NCBI RefSeq assembly: GCF_000009705.1
Contig: NC_003272.1
Span: 4,020,001-4,052,000 of the forward strand
Source: Nostoc sp. PCC 7120 = FACHB-418
GTDB lineage: Bacteria; Cyanobacteriota; Cyanobacteriia; Cyanobacteriales; Nostocaceae
DNA: 32,000 bases
Direction: 5' to 3'
Shown here: positions 8,200 to 17,016 of the stretch, piece after piece
Layout of the letters: every line of letters starts with the position of its first letter
How positions within the stretch are numbered: position 1 is the first letter of the stretch
Notes under the pieces: model-generated
The model's input: the letters and a program-made list of their open reading frames with translations, nothing else
Told to the model about the DNA's origin: nothing
Database searches by the model: none
Program-made: the position numbers and the translations under genes

Positions 8200-8244
8200 G
8201 CTCATGGACTAAAGTCACAGGGTTTTCAACATATCCTTTATAAA

Positions 8245-8862
8245 TTAGGGACAGAATAATGTGTCGCGGGTTTCTCTTCCTGTGGTGGGATTAGTGCCTT
8301 TGGCAACTTTACATAATTTTTTCTGCTCGTCTGGGCGTAAGAGTACATCGGTAAAGTCTGCACCGTCAATGATTGCTCCATCAAATTTGGTGCTGGCGGC
8401 GAAGGCTCCTTCTAATACTGCATTTTTTAAGTTGGCTTTGATGAGACGAGCTGAGTCTAAGGTGGCGTTTGTGAGGTTGCTTCCTTCTAAATTAGCTGAC
8501 TCTAAATTGGCAGCGAAGAAGCTAACACCAGTTAAATTAGATTTACTAAAGTTACTCTGACGCAAGTTAGCTTTGGTAAAACTGGAGTCTGTTAAATCTC
8601 GTCCTGAAAAATCTGCTTCCACTAAAATTTCTTTGTTGTACTCCAATGCAAAAGCTGGGGGAGTGAAATTGGCAATTGTGATCATGCCAAATACTACCCA
8701 AAGTAATAAGCTAAGTATGCTGAGGCTGAGTTGCTGAAATTTTTTATGGTCTAGACCGAGTAGAGTTTTGGTTAAGTCGGCTAGATAATGTAGTATACGA
8801 TCGCTTAATTTACTTAATTTCAATTTCATGATACTTTTACCCAATGGCGAACCCTCCTTCAT
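8245..8862 (-). CDS. Pentapeptide-repeat protein with an N-terminal signal/anchor (lumenal or periplasmic type)
   Basis: Consecutive A(D/N)LxX pentapeptides (ADFSGRDLTDSSFTKANLRQSNFSKSNLTGVSFFAANLESANLEGSNLTNATLDSARLIKANLKNAVLEG). Hydrophobic segment LSILSLLLWVVFGMITIANFTPPAFA. ATG 8862-8860 overlaps the upstream TGA (8864-8862) by 1 nt. The track start at 8865 is a GTG. Confidence 0.85.
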   Translation of the reverse strand: MKEGSPLGKSIMKLKLSKLSDRILHYLADLTKTLLGLDHKKFQQLSLSILSLLLWVVFGMITIANFTPPAFALEYNKEILVEADFSGRDLTDSSFTKANLRQSNFSKSNLTGVSFFAANLESANLEGSNLTNATLDSARLIKANLKNAVLEGAFAASTKFDGAIIDGADFTDVLLRPDEQKKLCKVAKGTNPTTGRETRDTLFCP

Positions 8863-10145
8863 CACATTATCCTGATCTTGGGAGTATTGAGATAAGCTTG
8901 GGGATTTTCTGGGTTAAATTCTAAGCCATTAAAGAATTTCTCTACTCCCCGTGATGTACTGGCGGGAATGGCTGACTCTTGACCAATTAATTTAGCGGCT
9001 TCTCGCCATAAATCTTCACGATTGACAGCATCAATTAGGGGTTTGGTGTCAAAATCGGGGGAACGATAACCCCAGCGCATATCTTCAATGAGAAACCATA
9101 AATCGTGGCTTTTGAAAGGATAGGAAGCATTTTTCCGCCAGTACTTGATAGCATGGGGGCTATTTTCCACTATCCGCCCATTACCATAATCAAATTTACC
9201 TAAAAGGCGATCGCGTGTCAATTCACTTTTCACGCCAATCCATTGCCGTTCTGAAACAATTTGCAAAAGCTCTGCTTTATTTTCTGGCTTGTCACACCAG
9301 ATTTGCGCCTCTAAAAATGCCGCCAGCATCGCTTTTGCCGCCTTGGGATATTTATCCACCCACTCAGCCCTTACTCCTAAAGCTTTCTCTGGGTGATTAG
9401 GCCACAACTCCCCAGTTGTTACAGTTGAATAACCAAGCCCTTGTTTAATTAATCGGTGATGCCAAGGGTCAACTACACAGAAGGCTTCCATGCTACCACT
9501 ACGCATACTTGCAACCATCTGTGGGGGTGCAATGACAATTACCGATAAATCACGGTCTGGATCTATTCCACCATAAGCCAACCACCAACGCATAAAAAAA
9601 TCACCTGTTACCCGGCGATAAGGCACTGCACAACGCACAGTTTCCCCAGTTTTCGTTTTTTGGGCAAAAGCTGATTTTAAGGGAGAACTATCTATACTTA
9701 GGTTTAAATTTTTGTAGCTATTAGCAACTGATATCCCCTGTCCGTTCACATTCATTCTGGCCAAAATATACATGGGTATTTTTCGCCCATAGCTAATTTC
9801 CCCGGTAGCCATGAGGTAAACCATGGGAAACAGCAAATGCCCACCATCTAATCCTTCATCGGCAGCACCTAAGATGAGTTTGTCGCGCATGACTGCCCAG
9901 GAAGGTTGTTTGACAACATTAATATCGGGCATTCCATGTTGAGCAAAAAATCCTTTGGCTTTGGCAATAATTAAAGGACAGCAGCTAGTAACAGGTAAAA
10001 AGCCCAGGGTGGCTGTGGTTACTTCTGGGGTGTCACTATAGCCAGCATAAACACCAGAATTTAACTGAGTTTTGGCAATAGTGGCATGAGTCAGTGCGGC
10101 TGCACCGGCAGTTGTGATAAATTGTCGCCTGTTTAACTTTGGCAT
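8862..10145 (-). CDS. ABC transporter substrate-binding protein, NrtA/CmpA/CynA-like (NitT/TauT family), Tat signal
   Basis: The track start 10181 is a TTG. ATG 10145 gives MPKLNRRQFITTAGAAALTHA, a twin-arginine signal. Size (~427 aa) and sequence character fit the NrtA/CmpA class. The substrate cannot be assigned from sequence. Confidence 0.8.
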   Translation of the reverse strand: MPKLNRRQFITTAGAAALTHATIAKTQLNSGVYAGYSDTPEVTTATLGFLPVTSCCPLIIAKAKGFFAQHGMPDINVVKQPSWAVMRDKLILGAADEGLDGGHLLFPMVYLMATGEISYGRKIPMYILARMNVNGQGISVANSYKNLNLSIDSSPLKSAFAQKTKTGETVRCAVPYRRVTGDFFMRWWLAYGGIDPDRDLSVIVIAPPQMVASMRSGSMEAFCVVDPWHHRLIKQGLGYSTVTTGELWPNHPEKALGVRAEWVDKYPKAAKAMLAAFLEAQIWCDKPENKAELLQIVSERQWIGVKSELTRDRLLGKFDYGNGRIVENSPHAIKYWRKNASYPFKSHDLWFLIEDMRWGYRSPDFDTKPLIDAVNREDLWREAAKLIGQESAIPASTSRGVEKFFNGLEFNPENPQAYLNTPKIRIM

Positions 10146-10232
10146 ATTAACTCTGGGGGAATTTAAATGATAATTTTTCAACTCAAAGGTACGCAGAGTT
10201 TTGCTAAAGTTAGTTCGCTAAGAATGAAGTAT

Positions 10233-11024
10233 CTATACGTGTAAGCGTTTAGCTTGTTCTTGACCTTGTAAAAATTGCATTAATTGTTGGCGTAAGTGGT
10301 GATATTGGGGACTATCTCTAATTTCTAGAGAACGGGGATGTTCAAAGGGGATATCTAAAATTTGACCGATAGTGGCGGCTGGGCCATTTTTTAACATCAC
10401 TACTTGATCTGAGAGTAATAATGCTTCATCTACATCATGCGTCACCATGATGGTTGTGATGTGGTAAATATTACAAATACGCATTAACTCTACTTGCAAG
10501 GAACCACGGGTGAGGGCATCCAATGCGCCAAATGGTTCGTCGAGTAAGAGTAACTTGGGTTGTACAGCCAAAGCACGGGCTAAGGCCACACGTTGTTTCA
10601 TCCCTCCCGATAGTTGCGCTGGTTTTTTCTGGGCTGCGTCTTTTAAACCAACCATCTCTAGGTGAGAGGCGATAATCTCACGGCGTTCATTTTTGGATTT
10701 CCGAGGCATGGCTTTATCGACGAACAAAGCCACATTTTCCCAAGCGGTGAGCCAAGGTAACAGGGAATAATTCTGGAATACTACCATGCGATCGCGGAAT
10801 GGTCTTTTTACTATTTGACCATCGACTTGTACCTGCCCCTGAGTCGGTTTTTCTAAACCAGCCACAATATTTAAAAGCGTCGATTTACCACAACCAGAAT
10901 GCCCAATCAGAGATACAAAATTGCCCTGCTGAATCTCTAAGTTGATATCTTTGAGAACAATATTGTTACTACCATCTTGAACAAATTCCTTTTTTATATC
11001 CCTGATTTCTACAAAACTAGGCAT
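10233..11024 (-). CDS. ABC transporter ATP-binding protein (NrtD/CmpD/TauB-like)
   Basis: Walker A GHSGCGKST, Q-loop VFQNYSLLPW, signature LSGGMKQR, Walker B LLLLDEPF, H-loop VTHD. Confidence 0.9.
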   Translation of the reverse strand: MPSFVEIRDIKKEFVQDGSNNIVLKDINLEIQQGNFVSLIGHSGCGKSTLLNIVAGLEKPTQGQVQVDGQIVKRPFRDRMVVFQNYSLLPWLTAWENVALFVDKAMPRKSKNERREIIASHLEMVGLKDAAQKKPAQLSGGMKQRVALARALAVQPKLLLLDEPFGALDALTRGSLQVELMRICNIYHITTIMVTHDVDEALLLSDQVVMLKNGPAATIGQILDIPFEHPRSLEIRDSPQYHHLRQQLMQFLQGQEQAKRLHV

Positions 11025-11091
11025 AGTATTTACTTTTAATGACTGGAAAAAGCGCTGACTAATCGAGTCCCCCTTGTCTCACGCTTATAAC

Positions 11092-11913
11092 TTACTCTTG
11101 AGGAGTCACTTTTTCGGAAATATAGGCCATGATTTTGTCTAGCACCAAACCCACAGCACCCAAATAAACAATTGCCAAAATCATTTCATGAATATTCGCA
11201 TTGTTATAAGCATCCACAATGAAAAAGCCAATTCCATCATCAGACAGCAACATTTCGGCGGCGACAACTGCTAACCACGATAAACCAATGGCAATTCTCA
11301 ACCCAGTAAATATATAGGGTAAAGTTGCGGGTAAGAGGATTTTGTAAAAGTTTTCTAATGGTGATAAACCCAACAACTTAGAAACATTTCTATAATCTTT
11401 GGGGACAAGCTTGACACCTAATGCGGTATTCAAAATAATCGGCCAAATAGCAGTGATACAAATCACAAAAATAGCTGAGGGATTAGGTTTGAGAAATACC
11501 GCTTGTGCTAACGGTAGCCAAGCCAAAGGAGCAACGGGACGCAGTAATTGTATGAGTGGGTCGATGGCTTTTCTACAGAAGCTATTTAAGCTAATAATGA
11601 AACCGATGGGAATACCTATGAATGTAGCCAGCAAATAACCAACAACTACTCGCTTGAGACTAGCGAGAATTAGCCAGAAAAAACCTTTATTATTGCCTCC
11701 TTTATAAAAAAACGGGTCTTTAATCAAATCCCAAGTATTGCTGATAACTGCAACCGGCGACGGCAAAGATGTATCAGGACGCAAGCTTAAAAAGTGCCAG
11801 GATATCAAAAAGATACAAATGCCAAATATAGAAGGAAATACCTGTGTTAGCCTTTGGTAGGATACTATTGCTATTCGCTGGATAAAAGTTTTATACCTAG
11901 CTTGTGAGTACAT
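11092..11913 (-). CDS. ABC transporter permease (NrtB/CmpB/TauC-like)
   Basis: 273 aa, polytopic and hydrophobic. It is the first gene of the co-directional permease-ATPase-SBP string, with short 51-67 nt spacers. Confidence 0.85.
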   Translation of the reverse strand: MYSQARYKTFIQRIAIVSYQRLTQVFPSIFGICIFLISWHFLSLRPDTSLPSPVAVISNTWDLIKDPFFYKGGNNKGFFWLILASLKRVVVGYLLATFIGIPIGFIISLNSFCRKAIDPLIQLLRPVAPLAWLPLAQAVFLKPNPSAIFVICITAIWPIILNTALGVKLVPKDYRNVSKLLGLSPLENFYKILLPATLPYIFTGLRIAIGLSWLAVVAAEMLLSDDGIGFFIVDAYNNANIHEMILAIVYLGAVGLVLDKIMAYISEKVTPQE

Positions 11914-12026
11914 TTATTTATAGCCTCAGGAAATAATGATGCAGTAATTAAAAATATTCAAGTTTTTGAAACTATTAAGAGTATAATTTTTGCGTCCATC
12001 ATCTCAATATACGTACTAGTTTCGAT

Positions 12027-12911
12027 ATGCAGAAGCTTTTAATTACTGGTGCTAGCGGTTTTTTAGGATGGCACCTTTGCCAAGTAGCCCAACAAGAATG
12101 GGAAGTTTATGGAACTTATTGCTCTCATGCTTTATCTATTCAAGGTATAAAATTACTCAAGGTCAATTTAACAGATTTTTCAGAAATCAAACAGATATTT
12201 AATGAAATTAAACCAGATGCAGTCATACATACAGCCGCACAATCACAACCAAATTTTTGTCAAATCCATCCTGATGAATCATATAAAATTAACGTCACTG
12301 CCTCCTGCAATCTTGCCGAACTTTGTGCAACATCTTCTATCCCTTATGCTTTTACATCCAGCGAACTAGTTTTTGATGGCGTAAATTCTCCTTATAAAGA
12401 AACTGACACAGTATGTCCGGTGAATATTTATGGTGAGCAGAAAGTCTTGGCTGAAGTGGGTATATTAGAACGTTATCCCATAGCAACAATATGTCGAATG
12501 CCTTTGATGTTTGGTAATGCTACACCTACAGCTAAAAGCTTTATTCAGCCATTTATTCAAACTTTACAATCTGGTCAAGAATTGACTTTATTTATAGATG
12601 AATTTCGTACCCCTGTTAGTGGCACAACGGCAGCTAAAGGAATTTTATTAACATTAGGAAAAGTTACAGGACTAATTCATTTAGGTGGCAAAGAACGGAT
12701 TTCCCGTTATGATTTCGGGCATATATTAGCCGCAGTCTTTCAATTACCAACCACAGGAATTAAAGCCTGTCTTCAACGAGATGTAAACATGGCAGCACCC
12801 AGGCCAGCAGATGTTTCCTTAGATAGTTCACAGGCTTTTGCTTTAGGTTATCAACCTTTATCTATCAAGTCAGAATTAGAGGCATTGCTTAACAAGGCAG
12901 GGGGCGATTAG
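12027..12911 (+). CDS. NAD(P)-dependent SDR, RmlD-like (dTDP-4-dehydrorhamnose reductase family)
   Basis: N-terminal Rossmann motif ITGASGFLG, catalytic YGEQK (YxxxK), length 294 aa. Confidence 0.75.
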   Translation: MQKLLITGASGFLGWHLCQVAQQEWEVYGTYCSHALSIQGIKLLKVNLTDFSEIKQIFNEIKPDAVIHTAAQSQPNFCQIHPDESYKINVTASCNLAELCATSSIPYAFTSSELVFDGVNSPYKETDTVCPVNIYGEQKVLAEVGILERYPIATICRMPLMFGNATPTAKSFIQPFIQTLQSGQELTLFIDEFRTPVSGTTAAKGILLTLGKVTGLIHLGGKERISRYDFGHILAAVFQLPTTGIKACLQRDVNMAAPRPADVSLDSSQAFALGYQPLSIKSELEALLNKAGGD

Positions 12912-13202
12912 TGAGAGATGCAACTGCTCTTTGATTCAGAATGTGAGGATGGGCGATCGCTTTTACACCCATTCATTTTTCTCAAAAATATTAAGCAATC
13001 CTTAAAATTATTAGGGAATCACTTAAAATAACATATCATTCGATTTATTTTAAAACAATATTACTTTTATGAATGCCTAATTTCCCCAAGGTTAGTTTTG
13101 ATGCAAATCTTTATTTGTCAAATCTAACTGATAGTAGAAGTTAGAAAGATAGTTTTTTGAAAAAATAGCTACGAGCAATAACTAAGAATTGGGAACAAAC
13201 TA

Positions 13203-13550
13203 ATGAAAGCTAGAATTATTGCTGTTTTGGCGATCGCCCTATCTATTGCCAGCTTAGAAAGCCCGGTTCGCGCCCAGACACCAGCAACGCCAAACCCAAA
13301 TACCCAAGACTATAAGTTAACTGGTGACTCTCTAGAAGGGATTGGTAATCGGTCAGCAGAGGATGACTTCTCACAATTTTTTAACACCAGTATTCCCACT
13401 AATAATATAAGAGACAATCAGAATGTTAGTGGATGGCGGTCAAACCGATCAACTTCATTACCAGATACTCCAGTTTTATTACAGCCAGCACAAGAGTCAG
13501 TTAATGGTAATGATGGAGTGCAGGTACAGTTAGATTTAGGAAACCAGTGA
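13203..13550 (+). CDS. Small secreted hypothetical protein
   Basis: Signal peptide MKARIIAVLAIALSIASLESPVRA-Q. The remainder is polar (N/Q/S/T/D-rich) with no recognisable domain. Confidence 0.5.
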   Translation: MKARIIAVLAIALSIASLESPVRAQTPATPNPNTQDYKLTGDSLEGIGNRSAEDDFSQFFNTSIPTNNIRDNQNVSGWRSNRSTSLPDTPVLLQPAQESVNGNDGVQVQLDLGNQ

Positions 13551-13598
13551 AAAAATGTCAGTTGTTATTTGTTAGTTGCCAGTAGCATTTATTTGGGC

Positions 13599-13639
13599 AA
13601 GGGTGTAAGTATCCACAACCGTTACACCCTTACACCCTG
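13599..13639 (+). terminator. Perfect 10-bp-stem hairpin built from the CCCTTACA octamer family
   Basis: AAGGGTGTAA (13599-13608) pairs with TTACACCCTT (13622-13631), 13-nt loop, then a second TTACACCC unit. There is no clear U-run. It lies 49 nt after the stop at 13550. Confidence 0.45.
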
Positions 13640-13726
13640 ATTAAATTGCCAAAAACCAATCTGAAGGATAATTCTGCAAGCAGTTTGCAGTAAAATTAGT
13701 CCTTTAGATAGAGGAGGGCAAGACGG

Positions 13727-15076
13727 ATGACTCGTGTCATTATTGTGCGTCACGGCCAAAGTACTTATAACATCGAACGGCGCATCCAAGGACGTGCTGA
13801 CGTATCAACATTAACGGAGCGAGGTCGTAGTGACGCTAGTAAGGTAGGCAAGGCCCTCACTAACATTTCCTTTAAGGCAATTTACACTAGCCCACTCCAG
13901 CGAGCAAAACAAACAGCAGAGATTATTCATAGTGAGCTGGCAAATGAGGCAGTTCAGTCTGCTGATGTGCAGATTTCTGAATTGTTAAGAGAAATAGACT
14001 TGCCTTTGTGGGAAAAACTGCTGACATCCGAGGTCAAGGAAAAGTTTCCCGAAGATTACCGCATTTGGCACGAAAAACCCCAGGAACTACAAATGTTAGT
14101 GAACGACAATGGGGTGACAAGAGAACATTTTCCAGTTCTATCTTTATACGAACAGGCGCGGCAGTTTTGGCAAAACATTTTGCCCAATCATCGCGGTGAA
14201 AGCATTCTCATCGTTGGACACAACGGCATTAATCGCGCCCTCATCAGCACAGCCTTGGGTGTTCACCCCAGTCGTTACCATGCCATACAGCAATCTAACT
14301 GTGGAATCAGTGTATTAAATTTTGCTGGAGGACTGGGTGAACCAGTGCAACTAGAGTCGATGAATCAAACCCAACACACAGGCGAGACTCTACCTTCCTT
14401 GCGTCCTGGTCATCAGGGAGTGAGATTGTTATTGGTGCGTCACGGTGAAACTGAATGGAATCGCCAAACTAGGTTTCAGGGACAAATTGACGTTCCCCTC
14501 AACGATAACGGTAGACAACAAGCACAAAAAGCCGGGGTGTTTCTGCAAAATGTAGCAATTGACTTTGCTGTAAGTAGTTCTATGCTGCGTCCCAAAGAAA
14601 CAGCCGAGATTATCTTGCGCCACCATCCAAGTATCAATTTGGAGTTGCAAGACGGTTTAAGAGAAATCAGTCACGGACTTTGGGAAGGAAAACTAGAAGC
14701 CGAAATAGAAGAGGAATTTCCTGGTGAATTAGAGCGTTGGCGGACTATACCAGGCCAGGTACAAATGCCGGAAGGTGAGAATTTACAGCAAGTGTGGGAA
14801 CGTAGCACGGAAGCCTGGCAAAATATTGTGCAAACAGCCTTAGATAATCAACGCCAAACAGGGTTAATCGTGGCTCACGATGCCACAAATAAAACCTTAC
14901 TGTGTCATATTCTCGGTTTACCCACAGACAATTTCTGGAATTTTCGCCAAGGTAATGGTGCTGTTAGTGTCATTGATTACCCCTCTGGATTAAATGGTGT
15001 ACCAGTACTGCAAGCCATGAATATTACTACTCATTTGGGTGGTGTATTAGATAAAACCGCAGCTGGAGCATTATAG
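13727..15076 (+). CDS. Tandem double histidine-phosphatase (phosphoglycerate-mutase family) protein
   Basis: There are two complete modules. Module 1 has RHGQSTYN...VGHNGINRAL; module 2 has RHGETEWN...VAHDATNKTL. SD GAGGAGGG at 13711-13718. Confidence 0.85.
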   Translation: MTRVIIVRHGQSTYNIERRIQGRADVSTLTERGRSDASKVGKALTNISFKAIYTSPLQRAKQTAEIIHSELANEAVQSADVQISELLREIDLPLWEKLLTSEVKEKFPEDYRIWHEKPQELQMLVNDNGVTREHFPVLSLYEQARQFWQNILPNHRGESILIVGHNGINRALISTALGVHPSRYHAIQQSNCGISVLNFAGGLGEPVQLESMNQTQHTGETLPSLRPGHQGVRLLLVRHGETEWNRQTRFQGQIDVPLNDNGRQQAQKAGVFLQNVAIDFAVSSSMLRPKETAEIILRHHPSINLELQDGLREISHGLWEGKLEAEIEEEFPGELERWRTIPGQVQMPEGENLQQVWERSTEAWQNIVQTALDNQRQTGLIVAHDATNKTLLCHILGLPTDNFWNFRQGNGAVSVIDYPSGLNGVPVLQAMNITTHLGGVLDKTAAGAL

Positions 15077-15125
15077 GCAAAATATATATCACAATAGACA
15101 AGCAGTCCCAGCACTGATAGGTTAC

Positions 15126-16433
15126 ATGACAACTGAACTTCTGCAACAAGTAAGGGTAATCGACCCGGTTTCGGGTATTGACAATATCACAGATGTGTTA
15201 ATTGCTGATGGCGTAATTCAAGCCATTGCCCCCAATATTCCTAATACTCGTCCTGATACTCAAATTAGAGATTGTCGAGGATTAGTTCTTGGCCCTGGTT
15301 TAGTGGATTTATACAGCCACTCTGGAGAACCAGGATTTGAAGAACGGGAAACGCTGGCATCTTTCTTACAAGCGGCGGCGGCTGGTGGTTTTACCAAAGT
15401 CAGTATTTTACCCGATACATCTCCGGCTATTGATAACCCCGCACTGGTGGCACAGTTGCAGAAGAGGGGGCAGGGGGCAGGGGGCAGGGGGCAGGGGGAG
15501 AAATCCCCAATCCCCAATCCCCAATACCTAGCACCCCTGCTCTATATCTGGGGTGCTATGACTCTGGATGTGGCTGGGAAGCAGATGACAGAATTGGCTG
15601 ATTTAGCGGCGGCTGGGGTGGTTGGTTTTACTGATGGGTTGCCTTTAGACAATTTAAGCTTGGTACGGCGCTTGCTGGAATATGTCCAACCCTTGGGGAA
15701 ACCTGTAGCATTTTGTCCATGCGATCGCCAACTCTCCGCTAATGGTGTGATGCGGGAAGGCGCAGATGCCCTCCGCTTTGGTTTACCTCCCATACCCCCT
15801 AGTGCAGAAACAAGCGCGATCGCGGCTTTATTAGAGTTGGTTGCCGCTTCAGGTAATACTCAAGTACACATTATGCGGGTTTCCACCGCCCGCAGCGTGG
15901 AACTGATCGCCGCCGCCAAAGCCCAAGGTTTACCCATCACCGCTAGCACCACTTGGCTACATTTGTTACTAGACACCAAAGCGGTTAAAAGTTACAATAC
16001 CAGCCTGCATTTAGACCCACCATTGGGTAACGCCAGCGATGTCAAAGCCTTGCGTGAAGGAGTCCGCACAGGGGTAATAGATGCGATCGCCATTGATCAT
16101 GCGCCATACACCTACGAAGAAAAAGTCCAAGCCTTCGCCGAAGCGCCACCAGGGGCGATCGGTTTTGAGTTAGCATTACCCCTACTTTGGCAAAATCTGG
16201 TGGAAACTGGAGAATTTACGGCCTTAGAATTATGGCAAGCTTTGAGTACTCGCCCAGCCCAATGTATTCAACAAAAAGTGAGTGCGTTTGCTCCTCATCA
16301 CCAAGCAGAACTAACTTTATTTGACCCCCAAAAAATCTGGAAAGTCGAGAAGAAAAATCTGTATACACTTTCTAGTAACACATCTTGGTTAGGGCAAGAA
16401 TTACAAGGGCGAGTCATACAAACTTGGGTGTAA
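15126..16433 (+). CDS. Dihydroorotase-like amidohydrolase (type I PyrC-like, probably non-catalytic PyrC-prime type)
   Basis: Overall type I DHOase layout (VIDPVSG...[18 protein letters not shown]...[36 protein letters not shown]...[11 protein letters not shown]), but several metal-ligand positions are substituted (see findings). Confidence 0.8.
15466..15522. repeat. In-frame heptamer repeats inside the CDS: GGGGGCA x4 then AATCCCC x3
   Basis: Read directly. It encodes [20 protein letters not shown] and creates spurious ORFs on both strands (15260..15517, 15337..15531). Confidence 0.9.
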
Positions 16434-16435
16434 GA

Positions 16436-16909
16436 ATGGGATTTGGATTCAAGATTTTGGTTGAGCAGAGTATCCAATTGTTGACTGTTGCACCAAGACT
16501 CGTCCCAGAAGTTTTGCAACAACCGACAATTCGTCATCCTATTGCTGTGAGTTTGGGTGCGATCGCCGGCGCACTCAGTCGCTATTATCTCAGTTTGTGG
16601 TTTGCCCAACGCTTCGGCATAACTTTTCCCTACGGCACATTGTTCATTAATATTACTGGCTGTTTAGCTATGGGTTTCTTTTATGCCCTAGCGCTAGAGC
16701 GATTATCCCTAATTTCCCCCGAAATCAGATTACTTGTAGCAGTTGGTTTTCTCGGTGCATACACCACATTTTCAACTTATGCCTTAGACACCTTTACCCT
16801 TTTAGGCGATCGTAATTTACTAGCAGCAGGGTTTTACTGGGCTGGCAGTAGCATATTAGGAGTGATCAGCATCCAGATAGGGATAATTCTGGGTAGATTA
16901 TGTCAGTAG
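16436..16909 (+). CDS. crcB: Fluoride ion channel CrcB/FluC
   Basis: Core [18 protein letters not shown]...[16 protein letters not shown]...[12 protein letters not shown] is typical CrcB. The start is uncertain: ATG 16436 (158 aa), or in-frame TTG 16514 or GTG 16547, which give a more typical 120-130 aa. The track start 16385 is a TTG inside the upstream gene. Confidence 0.85.
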
Positions 16910-16921
16910 TCGTATTGGCAA

Positions 16922-16999
16922 GGGTATAGGGGTATAGGGGTATAGGGATAAATCTTTCTTTCCCTCACACCCTTATACCCTTACACCCTCACACCCTCC
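16922..16999. terminator. Octamer-repeat inverted structure (GGGTATAG x3 versus CCCTYAYA x4-5) between convergent genes
   Basis: GGGTATAGGGGTATAGGGGTATAGGG (16922-16947) faces CCCTCACACCCTTATACCCTTACACCCTCACACCCTCC (16962-16999). It lies between the crcB stop (16909) and the HdrB-like stop (17017). Confidence 0.6.
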
Positions 17000-17016
17000 T
17001 AACCCATAAGCCCTGA

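Noticed and set aside
10146-10181. Upstream TTG start for the substrate-binding protein
   Set aside because: ATG 10145 places the twin-arginine motif at a normal distance from the N-terminus. The TTG extension adds 12 residues with no support.
11914-12026. NtcA box (GTA-N8-TAC) upstream of the ABC operon
   Set aside because: I scanned the 113-bp divergent spacer on both strands by eye and found no match.
15260-15793. ORFs 15260..15517 (-), 15337..15531 (+) and 15542..15793 (-) inside the pyrC-like gene
   Set aside because: They are shadow ORFs kept open by GC-rich and heptamer-repeat sequence. The 435-aa plus-strand frame has clear amidohydrolase similarity across this region.
16385-16435. 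Fluoride riboswitch or long N-terminal extension upstream of crcB
   Set aside because: The track start is a TTG inside the pyrC-like CDS. crcB follows the upstream stop (16431-16433) by 2 nt, so there is no room for a crcB-motif riboswitch, and I could not see its conserved core.
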